DNA of 34,821 nucleotides from Octopus sinensis (Eukaryota). Location: assembly GCF_006345805.1 (NCBI RefSeq), contig NW_021831919.1:1-34821 (forward strand). The letters run 5' to 3'. The notes beneath the pieces are model-generated. The model saw nothing but the letters and a program-made list of their open reading frames with translations, was not told the DNA's origin and ran no database searches. Shown piece by piece: positions 11,284 to 22,636 of this stretch; within the stretch, counting starts at the first letter, position 1; each line of letters starts with the position of its first letter. A program made the position numbers and the translations under genes.

Positions 11284-11410
11284 AAGGTCAACTTTGCCTT
11301 TTTTTCCCCTCCAGGGTCGATAAAATAAAGTACCAGTCAAGTACTGGGGTCGATACTATCGAACAATCTCTTCCTCTAACAACTGCTGGCCCCATGCAGA
11401 AATTTGAAAC
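11284..11410 (+). mobile_element. SINE family B core fragment
   Basis: AGGTCAACTTTGCCTTT...GTCGATAAAATAAAGTACCAG...TGGGGTCGAT. Confidence 0.8.
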
Positions 11411-11493
11411 CATTATTATTATTATTATCATCATCATTATTATTATTATTATCATTATTATTATTGTTGTTGTTGTTGCTGTTATTAAGACAG

Positions 11494-11705
11494 TGAGCTG
11501 ACACAATCGTTAGCACGCCGGGCGAAATGCTTAACAGTATTTCGTCTGTCGTTAGGTTTTGAGTTCAAATTCTACCTAGGTCGACTTTGCCTTTTGTCCT
11601 TTCGGGTCGATAAAATTAGTACCAGTAACGTACTGGGGTCGATGTAATCGACTTAATCGCTTACCCCAAAATTTGAGGCCTTGTGCTTCCAGTAGAAAAA
11701 ATTAT
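11494..11705 (+). mobile_element. SINE family B copy (tail type 2)
   Basis: GAGCTGACACAATCGTTAGCACGCCGGGCG...GGCCTTGTGCTTCCAGTAGAAAAA. Confidence 0.85.
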
Positions 11706-11707
11706 CA

Positions 11708-11769
<62 letters not shown>

Positions 11770-11811
11770 GTTATTATTATTATTATTGATTGTGTTGTTG
11801 CTGTTGTTAAG

Positions 11812-12210
11812 GCTTCGAGCTGACAGAATCGTTACCACACAGGGCAAAATGCTTAGCGGCATTTCGTCCGTGCTTACGTTCTGAGTTCAAATTCCGCCGA
11901 GGTCAACTTTTCCTTTCATCCTTTCGGGGTCGATAATTTAAGGACTAGTGAAACATTGGGGTCGATGTAATCGACTTAATCCGTTTGCCTGTCCTTGTTT
12001 GTCCCCTCTGTGTTTAGCCCCTTGTGGGTAGTAAAGAAATAGGTATTTCGTCTGTCGTTCCGTTCTGAGTTCAAATTCCGCCGAGGTCGACTTTGCTTTT
12101 CATCTTTTCGGAGTCGATAAACTAAGTACCAGTTGAATACTGGGGTCGATTTAATCGTCTAGCCCCTCCCCCAAATTTCAGGACTTTTGTCATAGTAAAA
12201 AGGATTATTA
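11812..12210 (+). mobile_element. SINE family B dimer
   Basis: Two cores joined by GTAGTAAAGAAATA|GGTATTTCGTCTGTC. Confidence 0.85.
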
Positions 12211-12582
12211 TTACCAACCACATGGTTCCGGGTTCAGTCCCACTGCGTGGCACCTTGGGCAAGTGTCTTCTACTATAGCCTCGGGCCGACCAAAGCCTTG
12301 TGAGTGGATTTAGTAGACGGAAATTGAAAGAAGCCCGTCGTATATATATGTATATGTATATATGTGTGTGTGTTTGTGTGTCTGTGTTTGATGCCCCCCC
12401 CCCCAGCATCGCTTGACAACCGATGCTGGTGTGTTTACGTCACCGTAACTTAGCGGTTCGGCAAAAGAGAAGGATACAACAAGTATTAGGCTCACAAAGA
12501 ATAAGTCCCACGGTCGATTTGCTCGACTAAAGGCGGTGCTCCAGCATGGCCGCAGTCAAATGACTGAAACAATTAAAAGAGT
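12211..12582 (+). mobile_element. SINE family A, 5'-truncated
   Basis: ACCAACCACATGGTTCCGGGTTCAGTCCC...GACTGAAACAATTAAAAGAG. Confidence 0.9.
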
Positions 12583-12595
12583 CAATTATTATTAT

Positions 12596-12638
<43 letters not shown>

Positions 12639-12639
12639 G

Positions 12640-12815
12640 GAAGGCGACAAACCAGCAGGTTCTGAATTCAAATTGGCCGAATTTAACTTTGCCTTTCATC
12701 CCTCGAGGGTCGTTGAAATAAAGTACCATAGTCAAGTACTAGATTCGATTGTATCGACTAAACCCCCTCACACTTCAAAATTGCTGACCTTGTGTCTGAA
12801 TGACAAACGATTATT
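12640..12815 (+). mobile_element. SINE family B fragment (diverged)
   Basis: TTCTGAATTCAAATTGGCCGA...TTTGCCTTTCATCCC...AAATAAAGTACCA. Confidence 0.7.
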
Positions 12816-13404
12816 ATTATCATCATCATCATGACCATCACCAATTCTTCATGTACAACTACAACTTATATACTATACTGCTAAACTACTCGTGTATTGT
12901 CACCCAGAACTACGGCCTCTATAGTGTATATATATATATATATAATATAAAATGATACGATATATTGCGAAAACACTTTAATAAAGCATTGCTTTATCAT
13001 TCAGAATTGGCTTTGTTTCCTTCATTAAACTCGTTCAAATAATATAATTACTGCTATTTTATCTTTATTAACATTAATATTGTTATACTAATTTATTTAT
13101 TAATCTTGTAATTCTTATCTGTATTCAATATAGGCCTTGTTTTTCTAAACACAGGCCTATTTGTTATATTTAAGTCATGTTACTGGAGTATTACACAAGG
13201 CTCATAGATTTTAAAATTATTTTATTTTGTTTATCTAAACTGTTTGAAATTTATTACTGGTGTAATTTCTTACGCTGAACACAGCTTACTTTCAAAACTT
13301 TTGACAACATTTTGTATTTTAGAAGTTATTTCGTGTTAAAGTTGTCGTATCTGGGTAATTTTGACCAATCAACGACGTATATTCAGCTGAAGAAAGCTAC
13401 TGCT

Positions 13405-13721
13405 GTTTGTGATAGTAATCGAAGAGTAGCAACTTCCGGGTCATCTCTACTAAATGTCACCTCTCTGTTCTATTTTATTTTTGTTTACTACCTGTGTTGC
13501 ATATTACACGCTTAAAATATTTTTTGTTTTGCTTTTCGATCGTATCTTTGTACGGGTGGTGAAAATGCAAATATACAAAGTGGCGATTGAAAAGCAAGCA
13601 AAACATGTAGTATACAACACAAGCAGTAAACAAAAATAAAATACAACAGTTTGGTGAAAATAATCACAAAATTAACACAGGCGTATGTAGAAAGAGACGA
13701 TGAAAAAGCAAAAACAACAAA

Positions 13722-13752
<31 letters not shown>

Positions 13753-13856
13753 AACGTATAATATGCAACACACGAAGTAAACAAAAATAGAACAGAGTGA
13801 AGACATTTAGTAGAGATCACCCGGAAGTTGTTGTTATTCGATTAATACTCCCGAAC
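13405..13856. mobile_element. Foldback MITE-like element with long imperfect TIRs and an internal extra arm copy
   Basis: CAACTTCCGGGTCATCTCTACTAAATGTC...GTTGCATATTACACG (13430-13510) is inverted at 13753-13830; a third arm-like copy lies at about 13605-13650. Confidence 0.7.
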
Positions 13857-14639
13857 CCAAGTATTATCCAATCGCAAACTAGACCGAATAAACCAAATCC
13901 ACGCCGACGCCATGAACAGTGGCACCGAAAGCCTGGGGATATGCAAATTTTAACTCTTTCAACAAGAAAATGAGACGACAAAGGCATAAACAATTATCTT
14001 ATGAACTTCAATAGCCTATAGCGGTTTCTGTAACGTGTTAACAACAAAGAAGATTAGGACAAATATCCATCGAATGTAAATAATGTACAGCTATTTCTGT
14101 CGAATATAAATTGCACTTCATATTCAAGGTTCTGAGGAAGCTATAAAACGTTACTCAGACACTCAACTACAAATCCACTCCATCTTACAGCAGAAACAGC
14201 TGTGAGCTAATGGACTTCATAAGATAATCATTTATTTCCTTTGTCATCTCATTCTCTTATTGCCACTCTATACATGTCTGTATATTGAGTTCTGCACCAG
14301 AACTCAATATTCTCGCAATATTATATGTTTCAACAGTAAGAAAACACAAGCGACTCTCATGTCAAGTAAATATTATCACATCACTCTGCCGCTTAAACAT
14401 GAGTACCACTCAAACCACAATCCTCACAGTCAGTCCCAATTGTTGAGTGTTACTACCCACGAAGACCTCTTCTTACGAAAACACGTTCTTAAAATAGCTA
14501 AAACCGAATACCAACGACTGTTCTTCTAGGACAAGAAGATAATTAAGTTCCGAACATTTATTGACAGTCTATAAAACTCAGGTGAGGCCCACGATGGAAT
14601 ATTGATCTCATATCTGAGACAGTGCTGTGGTTTCAAACT

Positions 14640-14962
14640 GACACTCCGTCGGTTGCGACGACGAGGGTTCCAGTTGATTCGATCAACGGAACAGCCGGAT
14701 CGTGGAATTAACGTGCAAGTGGCTGAGTATTCCGCACACACGCGTATTCTTAAAATAGTTCTCAGGAAAATTCAGCGAGATACAAAATGTGACAAGACTG
14801 GCCCTTTTAAATATAGGTACAACTCCTTTTTGCAAGCTGAGTGGATTGAAGTATCTTGAGATAAAGCGTCTTGCTCAGGGACACAGCCTACTACCGGGTA
14901 TTGAACTCAGGATCTTATGATTGTGAGCCGAATATCGTAACCACTATGTCACGTACCTTCAC
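14640..14962 (-). mobile_element. tRNA-derived SINE family D (CORE/V-like middle)
   Basis: Minus strand head GGTACGTGACATAGTGGTTACG...GAGTTCAATACC, then GTGTCCCTGAGCAAGACGC...CCACTCAGC; tail ACTGGAACCCTCGTCGTCGCAACCGACGGAGTG. Confidence 0.7.
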
Positions 14963-14974
14963 TGTGACTTCAAA

Positions 14975-15138
14975 CACAGATATTCTAGACTACATCACTT
15001 ACAGACACAATCCAGCCTTGGGCCCACACCTGCATTGTCTCTTCTCTTGACCTTTTCTATTGTTTCTACAATAACCTCTTCTCGGAGCTGGCTGGGTTCA
15101 TTCCACCTTCGCTTAGACATTCTTCTCTCTATCGCCTC
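14975..15138 (+). mobile_element. CR1-group LINE 3' coding fragment
   Basis: IQPWAHTCIVSSLDLFYCFYNNLFSELAGFIPP resembles the LQPLSHRR.VASL.LFYRYY.G.CSSELA.L.PP motif of CR1-group ORF2 ends. Confidence 0.55.
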
Positions 15139-15222
15139 TGGACGGTGCTGATGTATTTGCGCGTACAAATGCACGTTCCCGCGGTTTTATCGATCGCATT
15201 CTCACCTGGAATCGATTTTTGT
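15139..15222 (+). mobile_element. 84-bp fragment of the HINE/Helitron-like element at 17461-17544
   Basis: 80/84 identical to 17461-17544; contains the palindrome ATTTG-CGCGTA-CAAAT. Confidence 0.75.
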
Positions 15223-15230
15223 AATCATAC

Positions 15231-16420
15231 GTCCGGCCCCAGATATTCCTACCCGGCACTCCTTGTTTCTAGCCCCAGATCTTTCTAGCCGACCCTTCTT
15301 GTATCCAGCCCCAGATAATTCTGCCCGACACTCCTTGTGTCCGGCCCCAGATATTTCTGCCCGACACTCCTTGTGTCTAGCCCCAGATCTTTCTAGCCGA
15401 CACTCCTTGTGTCCAGCTCCAGATATTTCTGCCCGACATTCCTTGTGTCCAGCCCCAGATATTTCTGCCCGACACTCCTTGTGTCCAGCTCCAGATATTT
15501 CTGCCCGACATTCCTTGTGTCCAGCCCAAGATATTTCTGCCCGACACTCCTTGTGTCCAGCTCCAGATATTTCTGCCCGACACTCCTTGTGTCCAGCTCC
15601 AGATATTTCTGCCCGACACTCCTTGTGTCCAGCTCCAGATATTTCTGCCCGACACTCCTTGTGTCCAGCCCCAGATATTTCTGCCCGACACTCCTTGTGT
15701 CCAGCCCCAGATATTTCTGCCCGACACTCCTTGTGTTCAGCCCCAGATATTTCTGCCCCACACTCCTTTTGTCCAGCCCCAGATATTTCTGCCCCACATC
15801 CTTTGTCGGCGCCCCAGATATTCTACCTTACGACCGCTACCCTAGCTCCTTGTTTCTAGCCCCAGATATTTCTACCTGACGCTCCTTGTGTCTAGCCCCA
15901 GATCTTCTAGCCGACATTCCTTGTGTCAGCCGCAGATATTTTGCCGCACTCTTTGTCCAGCTCCAGATATTTCTGCCCGACACTCCTTGTGTCCAGCCCC
16001 AGATATTTCTGCCCGACACTCCTTGTGTCCAGCTCCAGATATTTCTGCCCGACACTCCTTGTGTCCAGCCCCAGATATTTCTGCCCCACACTCCTTTTGT
16101 CCAGCCCCAGATATTTCTGCCCCACACTCCTTTTGTCCAGCCCCAGATATTTCTACCCGACGCTCCTTGTTTCTAGCCCCAGATCTTTCTACCCGACACT
16201 CCTTGTTTCTAGCCCCAGATCTTTCTAGCCGACATTCCTTGTGTTTAGCCCCAGATATTTCTGCCTGGCACTCCTTGTGTCCAGCCCCAGATATTTCTGC
16301 TCGATACTCCTTGTGTCCAGCCCCAGATATTTCTGCCCGACACTCCTTGTGTTCAGCCCCAGATCTTTCTAGCTGACACTCTTTGTGTCCAGCCCCAGAT
16401 ATATTCATTTCCCCGACACT
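15231..16420. repeat. 36-bp tandem minisatellite, about 33 units
   Basis: Consensus CCAGCCCCAGATATTTCTGCCCGACACTCCTTGTGT; a 12-aa period appears in all six ORF frames; no unique spacers. Confidence 0.95.
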
Positions 16421-16968
16421 CACAACATTACGTCAGGCACTGGATTGGCAGAAAATTGGTGGTGGTGGTGGTGGTGGGGGGGTTCCCATCAAGAACATCA
16501 ATCAGCTTTCTGAACATTAATATTTGATGTCGCTGTTGTAGGAAAAGCAGCTACATAAAATTACTGACAAATGGAAACCATTTTAAATTTCTTTTAGATT
16601 CTCTCCACGTTGCGTCTCAACATCTGATGAGGAAAACATGAGCTACGCCTAAGGCGAACATGTATGCTATCCTTCTGGAGGAGTCTACAAATACTATGAA
16701 CACTGCTTCTCCTCAGATCCAACAAATAAGAAAAACCAAATTTATCTACATTGGAGAGAAATGAGTCAAAGTCGTCCGCAACGAGAAGTCAGAATTCTAT
16801 CTATCGTCGGCCGAAAACAAAAATAAAGGCTACACACTCTATTTTCTCTTCAATACCACCATTCTTTATGACATAGGAGAGGCAGAGACTTTAGCCTTTT
16901 TACACGGCATCCGAAACAGGTGGGATTGAGGCATTCTCAAACCAGAAACCTGCCAGTAATACTTGAAA

Positions 16969-17013
<45 letters not shown>

Positions 17014-17197
17014 ACACACACATACACACACACAAACGCACATAAGATCACAGTGGTGTAAGACTTGAGTTGCGAAACGAACTCACAGCTTCAGTTTTGA
17101 TATAAAAAAACTATATCGTTCACAACAGGTATATATATATATATATTAGTGAGAGAGAGAGAGAGGGAGAGGCTTATATATATACACATATCCATAC

Positions 17198-17242
<45 letters not shown>

Positions 17243-17396
17243 CGTGTGTGATTGTGTGATTGTGCAGGCGTGTACACGTACGCACACACGCACACGCACA
17301 CACACACACACACACACATACACACACATATCCAATCACATATAACACAATATTTAATGTAAAATTGCTTGTTGCATAACTTAACATAAAAAACAA

Positions 17397-17431
<35 letters not shown>

Positions 17432-17435
<4 letters not shown>

Positions 17436-17682
17436 CGAGCATAAAGGTTCCCCTGTCCAATGGACTGTGCTGCTGTATTTGCGCGTACAAATGCACGTTC
17501 CCACGGCTTTATCGATCGCATTCTCACCTGGAATCGATTTTTGTTATTTTTTCAAGACTTATACACGCCCTGATACCGTGGGTATCTACATATCAAATTT
17601 GAGCGCAATCGGATAGAGGATGCCCGAGATCATAGAAGACACACACACACACAAACAGACAGAACGGATTTTATATAAGAGA
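17432..17682 (+). mobile_element. Non-autonomous Helitron/Helentron-associated (HINE/DINE-like) element
   Basis: Subterminal palindrome; CATATCAAATTTGAGCGCAATCGGAT motif; (AC)n/ACAG microsatellite; 3' end TTTTATATAAGAGAT. This organisation is recalled from DINE-1/Lep1-like elements. Confidence 0.5.
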
Positions 17683-17691
17683 TACATATAT

Positions 17692-17750
17692 GTTTAAGGC
17701 GGTGCCCCAGCATGGTCACAGTCAGATGAATGAATCAAGAATAAAAGAAT
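17692..17750 (+). mobile_element. SINE family A 3' fragment
   Basis: TAAGGCGGTGCCCCAGCATGGTCACAGTC...AATAAAAGAAT. Confidence 0.75.
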
Positions 17751-17964
17751 ATACATATATTTTATAACAGTTTGAATCGGCACCGCATGTACATATCATG
17801 AGATGTTGGGATATACAACGTAGAGAGACTTGAAAAAAAAACAAATTAAAATCGTTTCTAGATAAGAGTATTTAGGCCTTCATAAATGAGTTCAGGTCAC
17901 GCAGTTTCTTTCGCTATTACAGCGACATCAGTTATTAGTGAGGTAGAGCGACACGATAGTGGAG

Positions 17965-18025
<61 letters not shown>

Positions 18026-18051
18026 ATATATATAAATATATATATAATTAT

Positions 18052-18321
18052 ACTCTTACCTCTTTACTGTTTCAGTCATTGACGGTGGCCATGCTGGAGT
18101 ACCCGCCTTTGTCGAGCAAATCGACCCAGGACTTATTCTTTGTAAACCTTGTACTTATTCTATCGGTCTCTTTTGCCGAACCGCTAAGTTACGGGCTAGT
18201 AAACACACCAGCATCGGTTGTCAAGCGATGTTGGGGGTATAAACACAGACACACAAACACATATATTATACATATATACGACGGGCTTCTTTCAGTTTCC
18301 GTCTACCAAATCCACTCACAA
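18052..18321 (-). mobile_element. SINE family A, 5'-truncated
   Basis: Reverse complement of the family A body and tail. Confidence 0.9.
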
Positions 18322-18391
18322 ATTACTCTACCCCTGGTATTTGAGTACTCTTTTTTCCACCTTGTTTCACATTTATGTGTTTACTCCGGTA

Positions 18392-18427
<36 letters not shown>

Positions 18428-18489
18428 TGTATGTATGTATGTATAGATATACAAACATATATACATACATATACATATATGTGTGTATA

Positions 18490-18538
<49 letters not shown>

Positions 18539-18567
18539 GCATACATACATAAATATGTGTGTGTGTA

Positions 18568-18775
18568 TGAAGGTTGGTGGCCAAGTCGTTAGAGTGTTGC
18601 ACTCACGATCTCAATCAAGATCGTAGGTTCGATTCCCTGACTGGGCAACGCGTTGTGTTCTTGAGCTAGCCGCGGGCGGGGAGTGGCGTCATGTCAAGGT
18701 TAAAACAATGCAAAAGCGCATTGTGAACAGCGATGTGTAACACCATCTGATAGCCTGGTCGGTCACGTGATCATG
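18568..18775 (+). mobile_element. tRNA-derived SINE family E
   Basis: TGGTGGCCAAGTCGTTAG A-box, GGTTCGATTCCC B-box; 3' GCATTGTGAACAGCGATGTGTAACACCATCTGATAG shared with 28655-28755. Confidence 0.7.
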
Positions 18776-18816
18776 TAATATATATATATATATATTATAT
18801 ATATACACATACACAT

Positions 18817-18885
<69 letters not shown>

Positions 18886-18942
18886 ATATATAATATATAT
18901 ATATATATATACATACACACACCTATCTATCTATCTATTATC

Positions 18943-18998
<56 letters not shown>

Positions 18999-19040
18999 GT
19001 CTATCTATCTGTACACATACATATATGCATACATATCTAC

Positions 19041-19314
19041 GTAATAAAGATTGTTTGCCAACATAACATGGCAGTCCTGGTTAGGACAAATGTTGCTGTA
19101 ATTCAGCCCCAGGAGACATCGTCTCCAGCTGGCTATACGACACGATCTGTGTCTTTAAATTTTCGAACAAGGGTGCTAGATTCCCTTGTTCGAAAATATA
19201 AGGACAGAGATCGTGTCTTATAGCCAGCTGGAGACGATGTCTCCTGGAGCTGAATTACAGCAACATTCGTCCTAACCAGGATGCCATGTTATGTTGGCAA
19301 ATAATATTTACTAC
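19041..19314. mobile_element. 274-bp near-perfect palindromic MITE (about 133-bp arms, 9-nt loop)
   Basis: 19041-19173 pairs with 19183-19314 with few mismatches; loop TGCTAGATT. Confidence 0.85.
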
Positions 19315-19539
19315 AAAGTTCTGTTGCTGAATATCTCACGTTCTGAGATTTAAAAATAGTAATTTTCTAATACATACATACATATAAATATGTGTGTGTG
19401 TGTGTATTGTCTATATACTCTAAAGAGTTCGCATCACACTCATGATGCTATGGATTCGCTCACATTGTACGACATATTGAGCAGGGGCTTCTTTCATGAT
19501 AAGCACGTCGGAGAATCCTGAGCAAAATATTTTTATTAT

Positions 19540-19830
19540 TACAGTTCCTTCTCGAGCCATGCTTGGCTCATAAAGGCCGGTTTCCCGGTTTCCTTGGTGT
19601 ATAGGTTCCCACCTGGATGGGACGCCGGTCCGTCTCAGGTGAGCTGCAAGAGGAAAGGGTGAGAGAAAGTTGTGGTGAAAGAGTCAGCAGGGGTTCGCCA
19701 TTACCTTCTGCCGGAGCCGCGTGGAGCTTAGGTGTTTCACTCATAAACACACACATCGCCCGGTCTGAGATTCAAACTCGCGATCCCTCGACCGCGAGTC
19801 CGCTGCTCTAACCACCAGGCCATGTACCTC
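19540..19830 (-). mobile_element. tRNA-derived SINE family C
   Basis: Minus head GGTACATGGCCTGGTGGTTAGAGCAGCGGACTCGCGGTCGAGGGATCGCGAGTTTGAATCTC is tRNA-like; tail GGAAACCGGGAAACCGGCC...GAGAAGGAAC(TAA). Confidence 0.8.
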
Positions 19831-20015
19831 CTGAGCAAAATATAGTACATGCATGTAGTCTAGAAGATCGTTAAATAAATTGCATAAGTAATATTCTAGA
19901 TCGAGCTGTGTTACAGTCTCGCGCTTGTTCACGCTGAGAATTTGGGCATCTGTGGAATTATTCAGTCACACCGTAATTCAGTAGGCCGTTTTGTTAACCC
20001 AAACTTCGTGGAAAC

Positions 20016-20424
20016 CAGGGCCGGATTAAGACCCATCGATGCCCTGAGCCCTTAAAATATTTTGGTAGCACCATAAAGAATTATGTAATTCAAAATATAA
20101 ACAATAACAAACCATGAAATAAATTTTTATTTCTCAAAACGAAACAAAACAGTAAAAGGGAAAATAATGTTTATTTTTGTATACTTCCACTTTATTTATA
20201 TTTGAAAAGTTTCCTCCTACATTTTTGAATTGCAAAGTCTTTGATCAGATCCTAAAAATTATTCTCAGGTAATACAAAGGCATCCCGAATATTATTTTAG
20301 CAAGTTTAAAGTGATTTTTATTTGTGCCGTAAACCATTTACCATTGACCATTTCTGTGGTGCCCCCTCTTTCCCTTGATGCCTTAAGCACGTGCTTATTT
20401 TGCTTAATGGTTAATCCAGCGCTG
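20016..20424. mobile_element. hAT (Tip100-like) MITE, 409 bp
   Basis: TIRs CAGGGCCGGATTAA / TTAATCCAGCGCTG; 8-bp TSD GTGGAAAC / GTAGAAAC (7/8). Confidence 0.8.
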
Positions 20425-20619
20425 GTAGAAACCGAATACATACATGCGTTCTCAAACATAAATATAAATGTCTTTATCTATGTATGTATGTGTAGATATA
20501 AGTCAATACATGCATTAACATTGATATACACATGCCTGTATATGTTTGCATAAATACATCAATTCATATCAATAAAATCCGGTCTACGAAGAAGGCAGTT
20601 GCTGTCCGTACCAGCAAAA

Positions 20620-20940
20620 ACTAATGTCTAATAATTTCCAGGAGAAAAATAAATTGCTGTGAGTTGATTTGTTGTAAGGTGAGGAAATAACGTTTCGGAT
20701 ACTCGTTTTTCTTTGGAGAGAAAAAATACAGAGGCCTTCGTACAACTATCACAACCGTAAAAGGGAAGAAGGGGTAGAAGCAAAGTGAGGGATGTAAAAT
20801 TCCTAAGTAAATTCCTATGAAAATTCCTGTGTGTAGTGTATGAAATGTATGGTGCGGGAGGAAGTGAAGTGTGACCGAGGTTTGTCGGAAGAGTAAGCTC
20901 ACTTGAAGTAGGAGGGAGATGATGAAGGTCAGATTGGCTG
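20620..20940 (-). mobile_element. Possible Penelope-like terminal fragment with decayed hammerhead motif
   Basis: Minus strand TCTGTATTTTTTCTCTCCAAAGAAAAACGAGTATCCGAAACGTTA resembles the 2921-2961 motif context. Confidence 0.35.
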
Positions 20941-20983
20941 AGGTAAGAGAATGATAGGTCAAATGTCATATGTACTTATAACA

Positions 20984-21204
20984 CAGCGGCAAACGAAATA
21001 CTGCCGGGCGAAATGCTTAGCAGTATTTCGTCTGCCGCTACGTTCTGGGTTCAAATTCCGCCGAGGTTGACTTTGCCTTTCATCCTTTCGGGGTCGATTA
21101 AATAAGTACCAGTTACACACTGGGGTCGATATAATCGACTTAATCCGTTTGTCTGTCCTTGTTTGTCCTCTCTGTGTTTAGCCCCTTGTAGGTAGTAAAG
21201 AAAT
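20984..21204 (+). mobile_element. SINE family B monomer with 43-bp flanking duplication
   Basis: Family B body; 20941-20983 is duplicated at 21205-21247 with 1 mismatch. Confidence 0.9.
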
Positions 21205-21849
21205 AGGTAAGAGAATGATAGGTCAAATGTCATGTGTACTTATAACAAAGAGGCACAATACCATGTGGGCGGAGGAAGGGAATGAGAAAGCAATTAAGGC
21301 TATTAATAGGATGCGAAGAAGATTAAAGCAAGGAGTGGTTATAAATGAATAAAACAAAGTGTAGAAAAATTAAATCAGGATGAAAAAGTACAGTGTTGTA
21401 CGTGTTTCCTTAGTGGAGTGTCGACTGAAATAGAGGCAGTGTATGCATAAATGCACCTATGTAATATGTCGTCAAATAAGACGTATAAACTCACAATTGA
21501 GCACTATGTAAAGCAATAACAACAATAAATGAACAGAACTGGGTTGTTTCACGGCGCTCAGGATCGTTCTAAGTGGACACCAAACTTAGGCAGCAAAAGA
21601 TGTAACTATTTCGAACGGTTCTTGATTTCTGAGGACGATGGAGAGTCCTTAACGATTCTCGTCGGGAGTTCGTTGCATTCTATCAGCTCAGTCACTGTTT
21701 GTAGCTGGCCCACCAAATTAATCTGTTTCTGCTTTGAGCAACTCGTATAGTTTCTGGTCGTTTCTCTTCTACCCTAATTCATCGCTTCAACTCCTATTTT
21801 TTTTCCCTAATGGCCTTCAAATGGATTTAAAATCTTTGTATACCGCCAT

Positions 21850-22560
21850 TATCCATGAAGACGGCTCTTAGTTCTCAAATCCTCTTTTGAACTCCACACC
21901 GCACTCGAACCCAGTATCTCTGCACTTGCCCGCTTCATTGAACTTGTTAATACTCTAAATTACTTCTCCTCAACAGACTCCCATCAAGATGTGCCGGAAG
22001 TACCAATGTGCACTAAAATTGGCTCTAATTATGTCAATTTTTCCTTTGTCCACTTTGAGGACAAATTTTTATTCAATTTTATCGATCACTACATCAATGT
22101 ATCTCAGCCTGATAACAACTCACATTGTTCATACCTTTTATAACAGTTTCCACCCAGCACTGGAATTCATTGCTACCATCGATACCTCCATCAACATCCT
22201 AAACATTTCTATCCTTATCAACAACATCCATCTTTCTACACTTTCTAAACCTAAAGATTTTCACATCTACCTTGGCTTTTGCTCATCGCATCACTCCCAA
22301 AACCAATTTTTTAAAATCACATTTCCTACATCTGTCACCTCTGCCGCAAAAATTCTGACGTCGATTAGAATTCTATGCAAATGTGCTATTTTTTCTTTTA
22401 CGCACTTACTATCAAAATTTCATTGATTCCATAAGCCATAGTGCAACATTCACGCCACTCAGTATTCTCTTTCCTTCACCTTCCATCCTAGTATTCGGAT
22501 CCCTCAATAAAATTTACGTGCTAACGTCTGCTTTCTGCTATCCGACTCCTCAACTGCCCC
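21850..22560 (-). mobile_element. Heavily decayed RTE-like LINE ORF2 fragment
   Basis: Minus frame LVHIGTSGTS*WESVEEK*FRVL...RASAEILGSSAVWSSKEDLRTKSRLH resembles the YLGS...EV..RI..AS......VW.SK...RTK.RLY post-RT region of RTE elements. Confidence 0.35.
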
Positions 22561-22636
22561 TGTCTTCCATGAACCTCTATTCTCACATTTTAAAAGATGA
22601 AAAAAAAAAGGTCAATAAATACTTGCCATTACATTT

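Noticed and set aside
15231-16420. CRISPR-like array of 36-bp repeats
   Set aside because: Units are contiguous with no unique spacers, there are no cas genes, and the context is eukaryotic.
15263-16423. ORFs of 100-198 aa in the tandem array, read as genes
   Set aside because: All six frames are open because the unit lacks stops; frameshifts occur at 15790-15960 and there is no clear start or splice context.
21529-21750. ORF with an AQDRSKW motif like RTE C-termini
   Set aside because: The motif is too short and is on the opposite strand to the adjacent RTE-like remnant.
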